A DNA stretch of 64,000 nt, taken from assembly GCA_038087875.1 (NCBI GenBank), contig JAXLNO010000246.1:186001-250000 (forward strand), in the 5' to 3' direction. Below, one piece after another: positions 1 through 13,009 of this stretch. The position numbers and the translations under genes were made by a program. The notes beneath the pieces were generated by a model. The model saw only the letters and a program-made list of their open reading frames with translations, was not told the DNA's origin and made no database searches. This stretch comes from Malacoraja senta. Lineage: Eukaryota. The stretch's first letter is position 1, and each line of letters opens with the position of its first letter.

Positions 1-278
1 AGTCAAAGACCTTTCTCACACTAGTGATTCTTTTTTCTCCACTTCCATCAGGCAGAAGATGCAGAGCTTAAAGGTGTAGAGCACCAGACACAGGAACAGC
101 TTCTTCTCCTCTGTTATCAGGCTTTTGAATGTTCCATGTGCTAGGACCCATTCCCAATTATCCTTTACCTCAATATGGCCATTGGATTTTATCTCTGGAA
201 CTGTTGTACAATAATGTTGAGAGCTATATTCTTCACTCTGTATCTTATCCTTCAGTCTGCCTATTGTACTTGCATTTG
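1..278 (+). repeat. Rex1/Babar-like LINE 3' fragment, near-identical to 1629-1907
   Basis: Direct repeat of 1629-1907 with only about 4 differences seen by eye. Confidence 0.7.
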
Positions 279-1338
279 AAAATATTTTTTATTGGAGATA
301 AGTACACAACCTATTAACATCATTACAGTCTTACATTTTTGAATTGATAATATTGTCAATTATTATTACATTGTCTCCAATACCTTTTGCCTTTTTTTTT
401 TTTTTTTTAACTAGATAGAACTAAAAAGATAGATGAAGTAAAGAAAGAAAAGAGAGAGAAGAAAAGAGAGGAAAAGGAAAAAAAAAAAAAAAAAAAAAAA
501 AAAACAACAACAAAAAAACAAAACAAAAAAAAACAGAAAAGAGAAAGATAGTTAAAGAAGAATGGAAAAATTTATTAAAATAAAAAACTTCATTCGAGAT
601 ATATTCGTACATTTCAGAGTATAGCATTTCATCCATTCTTTAGCCCGAGTGTTAGTCAGGTTCCTGTGCTGAACCATTCTGACCCTTTAAATAATCAATA
701 AAGGGAGACCATGTTCCAACGAATAATTCCTGTTTGTCCAACAGGGAAAATCTGATTCTTTCCACGTTTAAGGTCTCCGTCATTTCTATAATCCACATTT
801 TGATTGTGGGGGTTATAGGGCCTTTCCAAAATTTTACAATTAATTTTTTTCCTGTTATTATACTATAATCAATAAAGTTTCTTTGTGTTGTTGTAAATGT
901 TTGATTTAATTCTAATGTTCCGAGTATTATTAATTTTGGATCCGGGTCCAATTGTGTGCTGGTCACTTTAGATATTATACTAAAAATATTTACCCAGAAT
1001 TTTTTAATTTTTATACAGTTTGCAAACATATGAGATAAGGTAGCTTCTAAATGTTGACATTTATCACATATAGGTGAGATATGTTGAAAGATTTTATGTA
1101 ATTTTGTTTTTGAATAATGTAACCTATGTATTACTTTAAATTGTATTAAAGAATGTCTGGCATTTAATGAACATTGATGTATGTGTTGTAAACTTTCTTC
1201 CTAAGTATCTTTCGTTATTATTTGATTTAAATCTTTTTCCCATGTTTGTCTGTGTAAGTCCGTCGATGTAATGTCACTGTCTAATAAAATATTATATATA
1301 TAAGATATTAATTTTTCTGTATTAGGATGTTTATTCCT
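279..1338 (-). mobile_element. L1 LINE, 5'-truncated 3' end
   Basis: Reverse complement closely matches about 40770-41797. ORF 652..1029 (MFANCIKIKKFW...) is the L1 ORF2 C-terminus, followed by a T-rich 3' UTR. Confidence 0.9.
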
Positions 1339-1344
1339 TGATGG

Positions 1345-1985
1345 ACCAACCACATTGAAGGGACAGCCAAGAAGGCACACCAATGCCTCCATTACCTCAG
1401 ATGACTGAGGAAATTTGGTATGTGTCCAATGACTCTTACCAACTTCCATAGATGCACCATAGAAAGCATACTATCAGATTACATCACAGCTTGTTTTCAG
1501 AATAGCTTTGCCCAAGACCACAAGATATTGCAGAGAGGTGTGGATGTAGCACAGTCCATCACACAGACCAGACTGCCCATCATTGTCTCCATTTACACTT
1601 CCTGCCTCTTCAGGAAGACAGCCAACATAGTCAAAGACCTTTCTCACACTAGTGATTCCTTTTTTCTCCACTTCCATCAGGCAAAAGATGCAGAGCTTAA
1701 AGGTGTAGAGCACAAGACACAGGAACAGCTTCTTCTCCTCTGTTATCAGGCTTTTGAATGTTCCATGTGCTAGGACCCATTCCCAATTCTCCTTTACCTC
1801 AATATGGCCATTGGATTTTATCTCTGGAACTGTTGTACAATAATGTTGAGAGCTATATTCTTCACTCTGTATCTTATCCTTCAGTCTGCCTATTGTACTT
1901 GCATTTGGCTTGATAGTATTTATGTATACAACAGCAAACACAATGCTTTTCACCGTACCTTGGTACACATCACAATACCAAACCT
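1345..1985 (+). mobile_element. Rex1/Babar-like LINE 3' fragment (decayed)
   Basis: KKAHQCLHYL..FHRCTIESILSDYITACF..KTANIVKD resembles the DUF1891-type C-terminus seen at 45650-46000. Confidence 0.65.
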
Positions 1986-2019
1986 AAAGCTAAACCTTAA
2001 ATGGTGGATTATTGTCTAA

Positions 2020-2620
2020 ATGGAGAGAGACTGTAACTGAGTGAAGTTCAGATGGGATCTTGGTATTCAAGTGCATGCATCAAATTAAGTTAGTAGCAGG
2101 CCCAGTAACCAATGGAAAAAATGCAGTCTTTACTGCAAAGGGGATGGAATTTAAGAACAGGGAAGTTATATTGGAATTATGCAGGATGATAGTGAGTCAA
2201 TAACTGGAAAACCGCACACAGTTTAACATTAAAAAGGGTATAGGAGCATTGGATGCAGACCAGGTGAAATTCACCAAACTAAGTCAAGAGATGAAAAGGT
2301 TGTCCCATTAAGAGCGGTAAACACTTTAGGTCTGCATTCCTTGGAGTGTAGAAAGTGATGAGTGACCTTATTCACACATGCAATATCTTAAGGTGCTTTT
2401 CATGATAGATGTTGAGATGTTTCACAGGTGGGAAAGTCTAAAAACAATGGGAAACAACTACAGAATAAGGGACCAGTTGTTTAAAACTGAGGTACATAAA
2501 AATTACTTCTTTCAGAAGGGTGTGAATTGCTGGAATTCTGTGCCCAGAGGTGGTGGTGGCTAAGGCATTAGATATGCTTATGAACATATAGAGAAATCTT
2601 TGAAAGATTCAGGCAATTGA
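2020..2620 (+). mobile_element. Decayed CR1 LINE RT 3' fragment
   Basis: FKTEVHKNYFFQKGVNCWNSVP resembles FKTEMRKNFFTQRVVNLWNSLP of the CR1 copies at 30-31 kb. Confidence 0.6.
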
Positions 2621-2980
2621 GGGTTTTGGGGTAATGGAACAGAGGAGGAGTAGTCCACTCCTGCTATTTTTACTTGTGTTGTTGACGATTACCCTCATGA
2701 ATAAAGTTAGAACTTGCAACCAACATTTCAATCAGAGGGGCCTCAAAGTGGCACAGCAGTGGAGTTACTTCCTTGCAGTCCCTGTGAATCAGGTTTGATC
2801 CTGACTAAGGGTGCTGTCTGTACCAACTTTGTATGTTCTCTCTGTGACTGCATGGGTTTTCCCCTGGTGCTTCGGTTTCCTCCCAGTTCCAAAGACCTGC
2901 AGGTTTATAGGTTAATTGGGATCTGTAAATTGTCCCATGTGTATAGGATAGAACTGTGTAGGCAGCACGGTGATGCAAAG

Positions 2981-3270
2981 GGGTGGCACGGAGGCGCAGC
3001 GGTAGAGTTGCTACAGTGCCAGAGACCCAGGTTTGATCTTGACCATGGGTGCTGTATGTATGGATTTTTTACGTTCTCCCCCTGACCTGTGTGGGTTTTC
3101 TCTGGGGGTTCCAGCTTCCTCCCACTCTCCGAAGACATGCAGGTTTGCAGGTTAATTGGCCCCAGGTGTGTGTAGGATAGTGTTAGTGTGGGGGGGGATC
3201 ACTGGTCAGCACAGACTCAGTGGGCCTAAGGGCCTGTTTCAAGGCTGTACCTCTAAACCAAACTAATCTA
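2981..3270 (+). mobile_element. HE1-like tRNA-derived V-SINE
   Basis: tRNA-like head (A/B-box-like), V-domain-like TTCCTCCCACTCTCCGAAGACATGCAGG, GGGCC..AAGGGCCTGTTTC tail and (CTAAA)-type end. Confidence 0.8.
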
Positions 3271-4157
3271 AGGAGCTGAGGCCAACTGAACAGTGATCAT
3301 TTTATTGAATGGTGGGACAAGTTTGGTGACTATTCTCAGGGGCTAATAGCCTACTACTGTTCTATTTCCTCCTGTTCTTGATAGTTCCCCTCATGGAGGA
3401 AACTAGACCTTGGAGGCCAAGGTTTCCATCTGAGGAGAAAATTGTTTTATTTTTCTCCCAGATGATAACGAATCATGGGAATTTTCAACTACAGAGTGTA
3501 GATTCATTACGTTACTGAGAACGATGGATTTGTTTCTTTGGGAAGTTGTGGGTTACTGGCTACAGACTCTTCTGGTCATGAGTAGATCAGTCATGACCTA
3601 ATTGAGCTGCAGAACAGACTTTACTCATGGCCAACAAATACTTCATTTTTCATGTGATCTCTACAATGACCCACTACAATCATTGCACTCTTACTTGTTT
3701 ATGATTGCACTCACGTATATTGGTGTATTATGACTGGATAGCATGCAAAACATGGCATTTCACCATATTTTTGTACACATTACAATAATAAACTAAACTT
3801 TAGGGAGAAGGGAGCAGAATAATGTGGCCTCTATCAGTGGTTGAGTAATATGGACTAAAACATTGGTTTGGACTAATTCTGCCAGTGGCTTGTGGGCCTA
3901 TTCCTGCTTCTCCTTTCTTGTGTTCATGTATTTGATGTCTCTTGCTTACTGTGGTCACTGCTGTGAGTTATAACTTCAGTAACATAAGCAAATTAGTTCA
4001 GCACTATCCGAGCAAAATTAAAAGCATTTTTAAAAATGCAGACTTAAATCTGGTGTAGTGAGGGAGAAAGACAGACATCTTTGGGTTGATTGAAATGATT
4101 TTGGTTAAGAGCTGAAAATTAAAATGAATAGAAATTAACATTTTGACATTAGACTTC

Positions 4158-4450
4158 AGAGGTACATCACAGAAGCAGGCCCTTCGGCCCACCGAGTCCT
4201 TGCTAACTCCCCGTACAATAGTACTATACCACGACAGGTGACAATTTACAATTTTACCAAAGCAAATTAACCTAAAAACCTGTACTTCTTTGAGATGTGG
4301 GAGGAAACTGGAGCACCCAGAGAAAGACAATGCAGTCACGCATGGAGATGCAGGGAGAATGTACAAACACCGTACAGACAGCACCGTTAGTCAGAATCGA
4401 CCTGAGTCTCTGCTGCTATAGGCAGCAACTCTACCGTTGCAACACTGAGG
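4158..4450 (-). mobile_element. HE1-like V-SINE
   Basis: Reverse-strand match to the same SINE family. Confidence 0.7.
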
Positions 4451-4835
4451 ATATCTTGAATTACAAAAGCAATATTTTGGGCTCATCACCAACCATACAA
4501 GCACCTGCATTCTTTATATGGTACATTAATATGGAGTTTATTGCATTGAAACAGGCCCACAAGCCTGCCCTGTTCAATTCAATCCCTCAGTCATTCCTGA
4601 TCTGGTTTGATTAGGATGCAAATAAAAGCTTTTCACTATATCACAATACAAATGACAATAATAAACCAATACCAATGCTATTGTGTAAGTTCTCCCCATA
4701 TCTGATAGATAGATCCTTGATAAATTTGTAGACACCATCACCGTCTATATCCACTACCATTTGCTGCAGTTTCAATGTCCAAACTAGCTTCCAATATAAC
4801 TGTTTTACAGAATTCCATTTTGAGTTGAAAGATAC

Positions 4836-5050
4836 AACATGGAAACAGGCCCTTCAGCCCACCATGCTGACCACCGATCACCCCTTCACACTAGTTCAAT
4901 GTTATCCCACTTTTTTGTCCAATCCCCACACACACTAGGGGAAATTTACAGATGTCAATTAACTGACAAACCCACACACCTGTGGAATGTGGGAGAAAAC
5001 CAGAGCACCCGGGAAGAACCCAGGTGGTCAAAGGAAGAAGGAACAAAATC
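4836..5050 (-). mobile_element. HE1-like V-SINE (partial)
   Basis: Reverse-strand V-domain and tail. Confidence 0.65.
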
Positions 5051-5061
5051 TATACAGTAGC

Positions 5062-5227
5062 TAGACAAAAATGCTGGAGAAACTCAGGGGGTGAGGCAGC
5101 ATCTATGGAGCGAAGGAATAGTTTTGGGTCAAGACCCTTCTTGGAGGGTCTCGACCGGAAACGTCGCCTATTCCTTTGCTCCATAGATGCTGCCTCACCC
5201 GCTGAGTTTCTCCAGCATTTTTGTCTA
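5062..5227. repeat. Palindromic pair of Penelope-derived tails
   Basis: Inverted arms AGACAAAAATGCTGGAGAAACTCAG...CTGAGTTTCTCCAGCATTTTTGTCT around degenerate hammerhead-like cores. Confidence 0.75.
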
Positions 5228-5968
5228 CCTTCGATTTTTCCAGCATCTGCAGTTCTTTCTTAAAGAAAATCTACACAGACAATACCAGAGGTCAGGATCT
5301 AACGCTGGTCTCTGGTGCTGTGAGGCAGCAGCTCTACCAGCTGTGGACAGTGTTTGGTTTCCTCCTTTTTGTTCTGCATTGTAATGATTCAAGTCAGGAT
5401 AGGCATTGGATTTATGGGTCTCCTGAATCATAACATAAGGAGCAGTTAGCAGCACAAGAATGGAGCGTTATCTGAAACGTAATTACAGTTCCAGGCAACT
5501 ACGCCCTGCCTTTCCATTCCATTTGCTATAGAGTGCGAACAAAACAAAGTGCTGGAGTAACTCAGCAGGTCGGGCAACATCTCTGGAGGACATTGACAGG
5601 CGCTGTTTCAGATTGGGACCCTACTTCAGACTGACAATAGTCACCTATCCTTTTTCTCCAAAGATGCTGCTCGACCCGTTGAGTTACTCCAGCGCTTTGT
5701 GTCTATCGTCACCTATCTATGCCCTCCGGAGTTGCCACAAGACCTGTTGAGTTACACCAGCACTTTGTGTCTTTTGTTGTTGTAAATCAGCATCAGTACC
5801 TCCTCGTGTCTCCATTACAGTCAATTGTTTCCTGCTGGTTCAATGACATCGCTCGACAACTGGTGTCGACCCGTGGTATTTTGATTCTGATTGCATGATG
5901 AGATCCTGCTTTGATGTTGGTGAAGTTTGGCTCAGTTGCTGCTGTTGATGCGTGAGGTTGTGCGTGAA

Positions 5969-6020
5969 ATGATTCTGTTCATCTTGTTGAGTTTCTTCCG
6001 CGTACAAGGGGCTCAAGCAG
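5969..6020 (+). CDS. MHC class I-like exon 1 (signal peptide)
   Basis: ATG at 5969 gives MILFILLSFFRVQGAQA plus 1 nt, then a consensus donor CAG|GTAAGT at 6021. Joins in frame to GPHTLIYYY (AQA|GPH resembles the class I cleavage site before GSH). Confidence 0.8.
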
Positions 6021-6289
6021 GTAAGTTAATGATTCTCATTGTATTCGCTACTGGCTAAAAGCGTCTTGGCTTTATCTCACACTTGACCGGAGGCGACTGA
6101 GTTTAAAAAAGCGCGCAATACACATTCAGTCTGGTTCATGCGGACGTTAAAAGGGTTTAATCTCCACTGTTTCAGTACAATCCAGACTGGAATTTCTGCA
6201 TTGATTTGCACAATGCCCCGTTTCCTCTGTGGAAGAAGGAACTGCAGATATTGGTTTAAACTGATTTTAACTCGTGTAAAACAAACAGG

Positions 6290-7200
6290 AGCGAGGCATT
6301 CACTAGGGTTTCCTCGCTGCTCCGCTCTTGCTCTCCCTTCCCCCCACATTCGTAACAAGGACAGAGTCCCCCTTGTCCTCACCTTCCACCCCATCAGCCG
6401 TCGCACAGCATATGATCCTCCATCATTTTTTGCCACCTCCAACAGGATCCCAATACTGGCCACATCTTCCCATCTCCACCTCTTTCTGCTTTCCGTGGAG
6501 ACCATTCCCTCCGAAATTCCCTGGTCAACTCGTCCTTTTCCACCCAAACCACCCCCTCCCCAGGTACTTTCCCCTGCAACCGCAGGAGATGCAACACGTG
6601 TCCCTTTCCCTCCCTTCTCGACTCCATCCAAGGACCCAAACAGTCTTTCCAGGTGAGGCAGAGGTTCACTTGCACCTCCTCCAACCTCATCTACTGTATC
6701 CGCAGTTGCAGGTGTCAACTTCTCTACATCAGTGAGGCCAAGCACAGGCTCGGCAATCATTTCACTGAACTACTCCGCTCTGTCCATCTTAACCTACCTG
6801 ATCTCCTGGTTGCTCAGCACTTCAACTTCCCCTCCCATTCACAATCTGACCTTTCTGTCCTGGGCCTCCTCCATTGTCAGGGTGAGGCCCAGTGCAAATT
6901 GGAGGAATAGCACCTCATATTTCACTTGGGTAGTTTACACCCCAGCGGTATGAACATTGACTTCTCTAACTTTAAATTGCCCTTGCTTTCCCTCTCTATC
7001 CCCTCCCCCTTCCCAGTTCTTCCACTAGTCTTAGTGTCTTCAACTACATTCTATCTTTGTCCCATCAACTCCCCTGACATCAGTCTGAAGAAGGGTCTCG
7101 ACCCGATAGGTCGCCCATTCCTTCTCTCCAGAGATGCTGCTGGCCTGCTGAGTTACTCCAGCATTTTGTGTCTACCTTCGAGTTAAACCAGCATCTGCAG
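6290..7200 (+). mobile_element. Penelope-like element 3' part (RT C-terminus, GIY-YIG endonuclease, terminal repeat)
   Basis: RNKDRVPLVLTFHP; FTCTSSNLIYCIR..LLYISEAKHRLG..QHFNFPSHS is GIY-YIG-like. Followed by the CTGAAGAAGGGTCTCGACCC tail. Confidence 0.85.
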
Positions 7201-7444
7201 TTCTATCCTACACAAAGTGCATTGTTTGACAGGTTCAAGTTTATGGCCAAATTCCTCGTATGTTGCAAAACATACTTGGCGAATAAAGTGTGATTCTGAT
7301 TCTGATTGATCTGATTCTGAAATGTGGGAAGAGAGCGAGGCACTAGTACAATGCAAAATCATTAAAAGATTAGCACACACTGTGGATTTTGCTATTGACT
7401 GAGTGACAACTCTTAGCTCCAAACGTGCGGTCGTCACGTTTATG

Positions 7445-7790
7445 TTGTTTAGTAGTGATGTGGCCAAGTTTGCAGATGATGCTAAAATAGGTGGAGGGGC
7501 AGGCAGTGTAGAGGATGCAAGGACTTTGCAGAAGGACTTGTTCGGGTTAGGAGAGTGGGCAGAGAAGTGGCAGATGAAATCCAGTATAGCAAAGTGTGGA
7601 GACATGCATTTTGGTAATAAGAATAAAGGCGTAGATTATTTTACAAATGGAGAGAGAATCCAGAAATCGGAGGCACACAGTGACATGGGAGTGTTGGTGC
7701 AGGACTCCTAAAAGGTTAATTTGCAAATTGAATCGGTAGTCAGGAAGGTGATTTATATCAAGAGGACTGGAATACAAAAACAGAAAATGC
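7445..7790 (+). mobile_element. CR1 LINE RT fragment
   Basis: DVAKFADDAKIGG..LQKDL..GEWAEKWQM..HFGNKN. Confidence 0.8.
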
Positions 7791-8413
7791 CGCCCGATTT
7801 GTAAGAGTGTCAAAGGTCACAGGGAGATGACAGGAGAACGGCACTGAGAGGGAACGATAGGTCAGCCATGATTAAATTGTGGAGTAAACTCGATGGGCTG
7901 AACAACCAAATTCTGCACCTTTGACTTATGAAGTGAGTCAAAGTTCAGAACATGAGGGATGATCTTTTTATTTCTTCCCAGACTGGTGTGTCTGGAACCA
8001 AAATTCACAGTTTAAAAATAAGGCTTCAGACATTCTTATGGCACCAAAACATGGTGACACTTGTGTATTGCCTAGGTTAGGTCTGCTATATGATTTTACC
8101 GTTGTATGCGAAACGAAGCATTTCACTGTACCTAGGTGCATGTGACAATAAAATATCATTGAATCGTTGAATTCAGTGCAGTAATGAGATGAAATCTTTT
8201 CACCCAGAGGGTAATTAGTCTTCCAAATTCTCTGTCCAAGAAGGCTGTGGGCATTCAGTCAATCAGATGCTTGAGGCAGGGATAGGAAGATGCTTGGATA
8301 CAAAAGGAATTCTGGGTTAGTTCGGGAAAATGGTTGTCTGCTGGAGGATCGGTTATGATCTTATAGAATATCAGAGATTGGGAACAAAGGATGAATGGCA
8401 ACATTTTGCTGAT

Positions 8414-8690
8414 ACATAGATACATAGATACATAGAAATTAGGTGCAGGAGTAGGCCATTCGGCCCTTCGAGCCTGCACCGCCATTCAATACGATCATGG
8501 CTGATCATCCAACTCAGTATCCCGTACCTGCCTTCTCTCCATACCCCCTGATCCCTTTAGCCACAAGGGCCACATCTAATTCCCTCTTAAATATAGCCAA
8601 TGAACTGGCCTCAACTACCCTCTGTGGCAGAGAGTTCCAGAGATTCACCACTCTCTGTGTGAAAAAGTTTTTCCTCATCTCGGTCTTAAT
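8414..8690 (-). mobile_element. CR1 LINE 3' end with tandem-repeat tail
   Basis: Encodes KTEMRKNFFTQRVVNLWNSLPQRVVEASSLAIFKRELDVALVAKGIRGYGEKAGTGY, near-identical to the end of ORF 30459..31598; (GATACATA)n tail. Confidence 0.9.
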
Positions 8691-11294
8691 GTTAGGTTTG
8701 ATCCCACTCCACAAGAGAATCCAGAAGGAAAGAGAGTATAGAGTGTTCAATTGTCATATGTGCTGACTACAAAACAATGAAATTCTTGTAGCAGCTTAGC
8801 AGACCTGTAAGACAAAACAAATAGATAACATACTAAAAATCCAGTTAATTGATAATCCCAATACATGTGCAAAAACACCTCGAATGCTTAGTTTAACCAA
8901 AGACAGTCCATAGGTCTACAGGGTCCGACTCGACACATTACCTATCCATGCTGCCTGATCTGCTGAGTTACTCCAACACTTTATTTTGTTCATTAATCAT
9001 AGCTGAGTGTAGTGTAGTTCAGGGTTCAATATACGGGAAGATTTTAATGATCACATTCCAACATGCATCTCTAGAGCCAAACAAAACAATGACATTCTCC
9101 TTTGATGGTAATAATCTAATTTGGTGAAAGGGGAAACAGGCTTAGATATAAAGAATAACATTTATAGCAGTTCCAATGTAGGAAAATGCTTCAATGAGAT
9201 TCGTAAGAATATTATTCTGTAACATTTTACTTCGAGCAGTATAATGGCATGACATGACAATTAGCAAAATAAACATTTAAGGTGCATCTTAAAGGAAGAA
9301 TAAGAGGAAGGGATATTTAGAGAGCAATTCTATTACTTAGGCCTGCTCTTCAGATGAAATACTTAAATTTGTGAATAATCAGGAAGTTATACTGCCCGGT
9401 TCATCGTGGGTTCTGACCTCACCACCATCTAAGGGATCCACACGAGACGCTGCCTCAAAAAGGAAGGCAACATCATCCCCCTGGCCACGCTTTCATTACC
9501 TCCCACCATGGGGAAGAAAGTATAGGTGTCTGAAAACCATGACAACCAGGTTCAAGAATAGCTTCTTCCCAACAACTATCACGCACTTGAACAATACACA
9601 ACGCTAACCTCAACTGTGAAATTGTATGGACTGTATGCATGCCGAGGGAGGAGCTGCGTAGGAAGGAACTGCAGATGCTGGTTTAAACCGAAGATAGACA
9701 CAAAATGCTGGAGTAACTCAGCGGGTCCGACAGCGACTCTGGAGAAAAGGAATAGGTAGCGTTTCAGGTCGAGACCATTCTTCAGACTGATAGTCAGGGG
9801 AAAGGGAAACGAGAGATACAGGCGGTGATATAGAGATATATAAGAACAAATGATTGAAAGATATGCTTTGAATGAAAGAGCTGTTGGTCTTAGATATTTA
9901 AATACAATGATCAGAGTTTAAAATCTGAATATTTTTCAATCAGAAAGATGATGGGTGAATGGGATGGAGCAAGTTAGCACAATGATGACAAAGTTTGAAG
10001 AAGGGCCTCAATCTGATACATCACCCATTCCTATTCTCCAGAGATGCTGCCTGACCCACTGAGTTACTCCAGCATTTTGTGTCTAACGCTAAGTGCTGGA
10101 GTAACTCAGCTGGTCAGGCATCATCTCCGGAGAACGTGGCTAGATGACGTTTAGGGTAAACACCCTTCCACAGAGTGAAGAAGGGGTCTTGACCCGAAAC
10201 ATTTATCCATCATCACATATCCATGATCTCCAGGGATGCTGCCGGACCCACTAAGGTGCTCCAGCACTTTGCGTCTCTTTGTGAACCAACATTTGTAGTT
10301 CCTTGTTTCTTCAATGTAAATTGACTGTCATTTGTAGGTAAGTGATAGAATCTGGAGAGAGATGATGGGAACTTGCAGAGAATAAGAATGAGTTGATCAA
10401 GAGCAAGAGTTTAATTGTCATCTGTACTGGCAATGGAACAATGAAATTCTTATACACATATTAAATATACAACAATCAATGGTAAAATAAATTACTATTA
10501 GTTATACTCGGTAACCAGACCATAACAGTGGAAAAACAAACGTCCTTACTGCAACCAAAATAAAGTCCATCACAGATCAGAGTTGTTGAGGTAAGGTTGT
10601 GGTTCGTGTTGTGCAGTGTTTAAATGCCTGCTGCTCATGAGAAAAAAGCTGCTCTTAAACCTGGAGCTAACAGTTCTCAGGCTCTCTAACCTCAGAGACA
10701 GTTGATTGGTTCAACGGTATTTTATATGTGGCAAGTACCGAGGTACAGTGAAATTCATTATTGTATACAGTTTAGTACAAGTATCACTATATATAAGTCC
10801 TTAGATACATCTTAGATAAGCATCTCAGATACAGTACAAGTGTATAGCAGTAGTACGCTGAGACAGTATACAGTGTCGCCAGTTTATGGTGCCATTTTCA
10901 CGTCCCAGTTGTTGTAAGTGAGGGTTCTTGGCCTGACCATGAGGCCCATTGTCCTGGTGTTGTTGAGGGTTGACCTGTCCAATCGAAGCTGTGGTGTCCT
11001 CTACTGCTGCAGGGCGCAACTGGTCCATGTGCCCGGCCTCTTGGAGCAGCGCCTGGAACAGCCAAGTCCCAGGCTGCTGTAGGGCCTCCAGCACCCACTC
11101 CACTGTTGAGGCAGTCCATTCCCTCCCGCAGCCTGTCTGCCTATAAGCCATCCATCTGACTCCTTCCACTCTGGGCGGGAGAGCTGGGCCTTCCAGGTGG
11201 GTCCTCCATCCACGGTCCACAGCGAGCAAGAACTCAGTCCGTGATGGATGGGCCAGATCTTCCGGGCGAATTCCTGGTCCAGGGTGGCCGGCCC

Positions 11295-11400
11295 TGAGAG
11301 TATGGCCAGGGTGGTGTGGGTCTCTGATGATATTAGCTGTCTTTCTGAGGCAGCACCTCCTGTAGATCTATTCAATGGTGGGATGGAATGGTATGGAATG
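11295..11400 (-). mobile_element. Rex1/Babar-like fragment
   Basis: Reverse strand reads IYRRCCLRKTANIIRDPHHPGHTL. Confidence 0.6.
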
Positions 11401-13009
11401 AGTGCTTCATGGTCAGAGTGGACTGTCGGCTGAAGGTTCTATTTGTGTGTCTCTGTGACTATATGTGTGGAGAAGGCTTCGAAAGAGTAGGTGAAGGGGC
11501 ATTCTAAATGATGGGATGCACATATCATTGTAAACGGGGCCCTCAAAGTATTGATCTGTAAAATGCTAAATCTGCATTTCATTGCAGTGGACTAGAGTTT
11601 AATGGTAGCCAATCCACATAAACACTTGTTCTTGTCTATGGCGAGTTTTGCAGACTGCTCCAATTACAATAAATTAATATATAAAGAGAGTGGGATACTA
11701 GAAGGTACATTCCTTTTATCCATAGATGCTGCCTGTTCCACTGCATTACTCCAGTATTTTGTCTCTATCTTTGGTGTAAGCCAGCATGTGCAGTGCCTTC
11801 GTACACACACAAGAAGGATCCCAACAATGGGTTCTGTTTGTATGGAGTTGATACGTTCTCCCTGTGACCGCTCGGCTTTCCTCTTGGTGCTCAGAGGGCA
11901 GTGGAGGCCGGTTCTCTGGATACTTTCAAGAGAGAGCTAGATGGGCCTCTTAAAGATAGCGGGGTCAGGGGATATGGGGAGAAGGCAGGAACGGGGTACT
12001 GATTGGGGATGATCAGCCATGATCACATTGAATGGCGGTGCTGGCTCAAAGGGCCAAATGGCCTACTCTTGCACCTATTGTCTATTGTCTATTGTTTCCT
12101 CCCACGTTCCAAAGACGTGTGTGTTTGTAGGTTTATTGGCCACTGTAAATTGCCCTGAGTGTGTAGGATGTGAAACAGGGAAAACATAGAACTAGTGTAT
12201 GGGTTGATGGTCAGTGCAGACTCAGTGGGCAGAAAGGCCTGTTTCCATGCTGCATCTGTTAAAAAAGATTGGTGAGCATGATACCCGAATTCAAACGTCA
12301 CAGAGAAACCAACACATTTTAGTTTGTACAGACAAGAACACCCAAGAATGTTTGTATTCAAACAGACCAACAAAGTAATAAAGGTTTGCAGGTACAAAGT
12401 TCAACAGTGAGCATTGCTTAATCTAATCTTATACTTAGAACATTGCAGACGTAGGGCATTCAGCACAGGGAGGCTGTCCCATTGAGGGGGACGAGAACAA
12501 ATGGGGAACTGTGGGGATGGGGGCGCCACTAAGAACAAAGGGGGAACTGGTGGGGATGGGGTCTGCTGCCATGTGTGGCAACAGGCAGTGGATAGGACTG
12601 TTCGGTACTTTGTAACTTTGTCTGCGCCAACACATGACGACATTTTTGTACAGCCTAGGTTCAGTTTAGTTTATTGTCACGTGTCGAGGTACAGTGAAAA
12701 GCTTTTTGTTGCTTACTAACCAGTCAGTAGAAAGACAATACATGATTACAATAATGTTTAATGCAAGGTGAAGCCAGCAAAGTCCGGTCAACGATAGACC
12801 GAGGTTGCATGGAAAACAAAGCATTTCACTATACCCAGGTACCCTGGGTACATGTGACAATAGAGTATCATTCAATCATTCTTTCATTCATCAGTCCTAT
12901 TCCTCACAATTTATTTTCCATATAACACAGGCACCCATGGCCGCCAATGCTCCTTTGATTTTCTTTGCCATTTACGTGTGTTGATCTGGCTAATGGGTTT
13001 TGTGAAGTA

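Noticed and set aside
421-636. Hydrophobic Phe-rich ORFs here and at 41474..41662
   Set aside because: Translation of the T-rich L1 3' UTR.
2981-3060. tRNA-like A/B boxes here and in other copies
   Set aside because: These are SINE heads without a full cloverleaf, not tRNA genes.
5826-5894. Possible X-X2-Y (SXY) MHC promoter module
   Set aside because: Both motifs are imperfect and about 35 bp apart rather than the usual roughly 20 bp.
9758-9790. Hammerhead-like core on the - strand as an active ribozyme
   Set aside because: The cleavage triplet reads GCT rather than NUH, so it is probably inactive; counted only as a family member.
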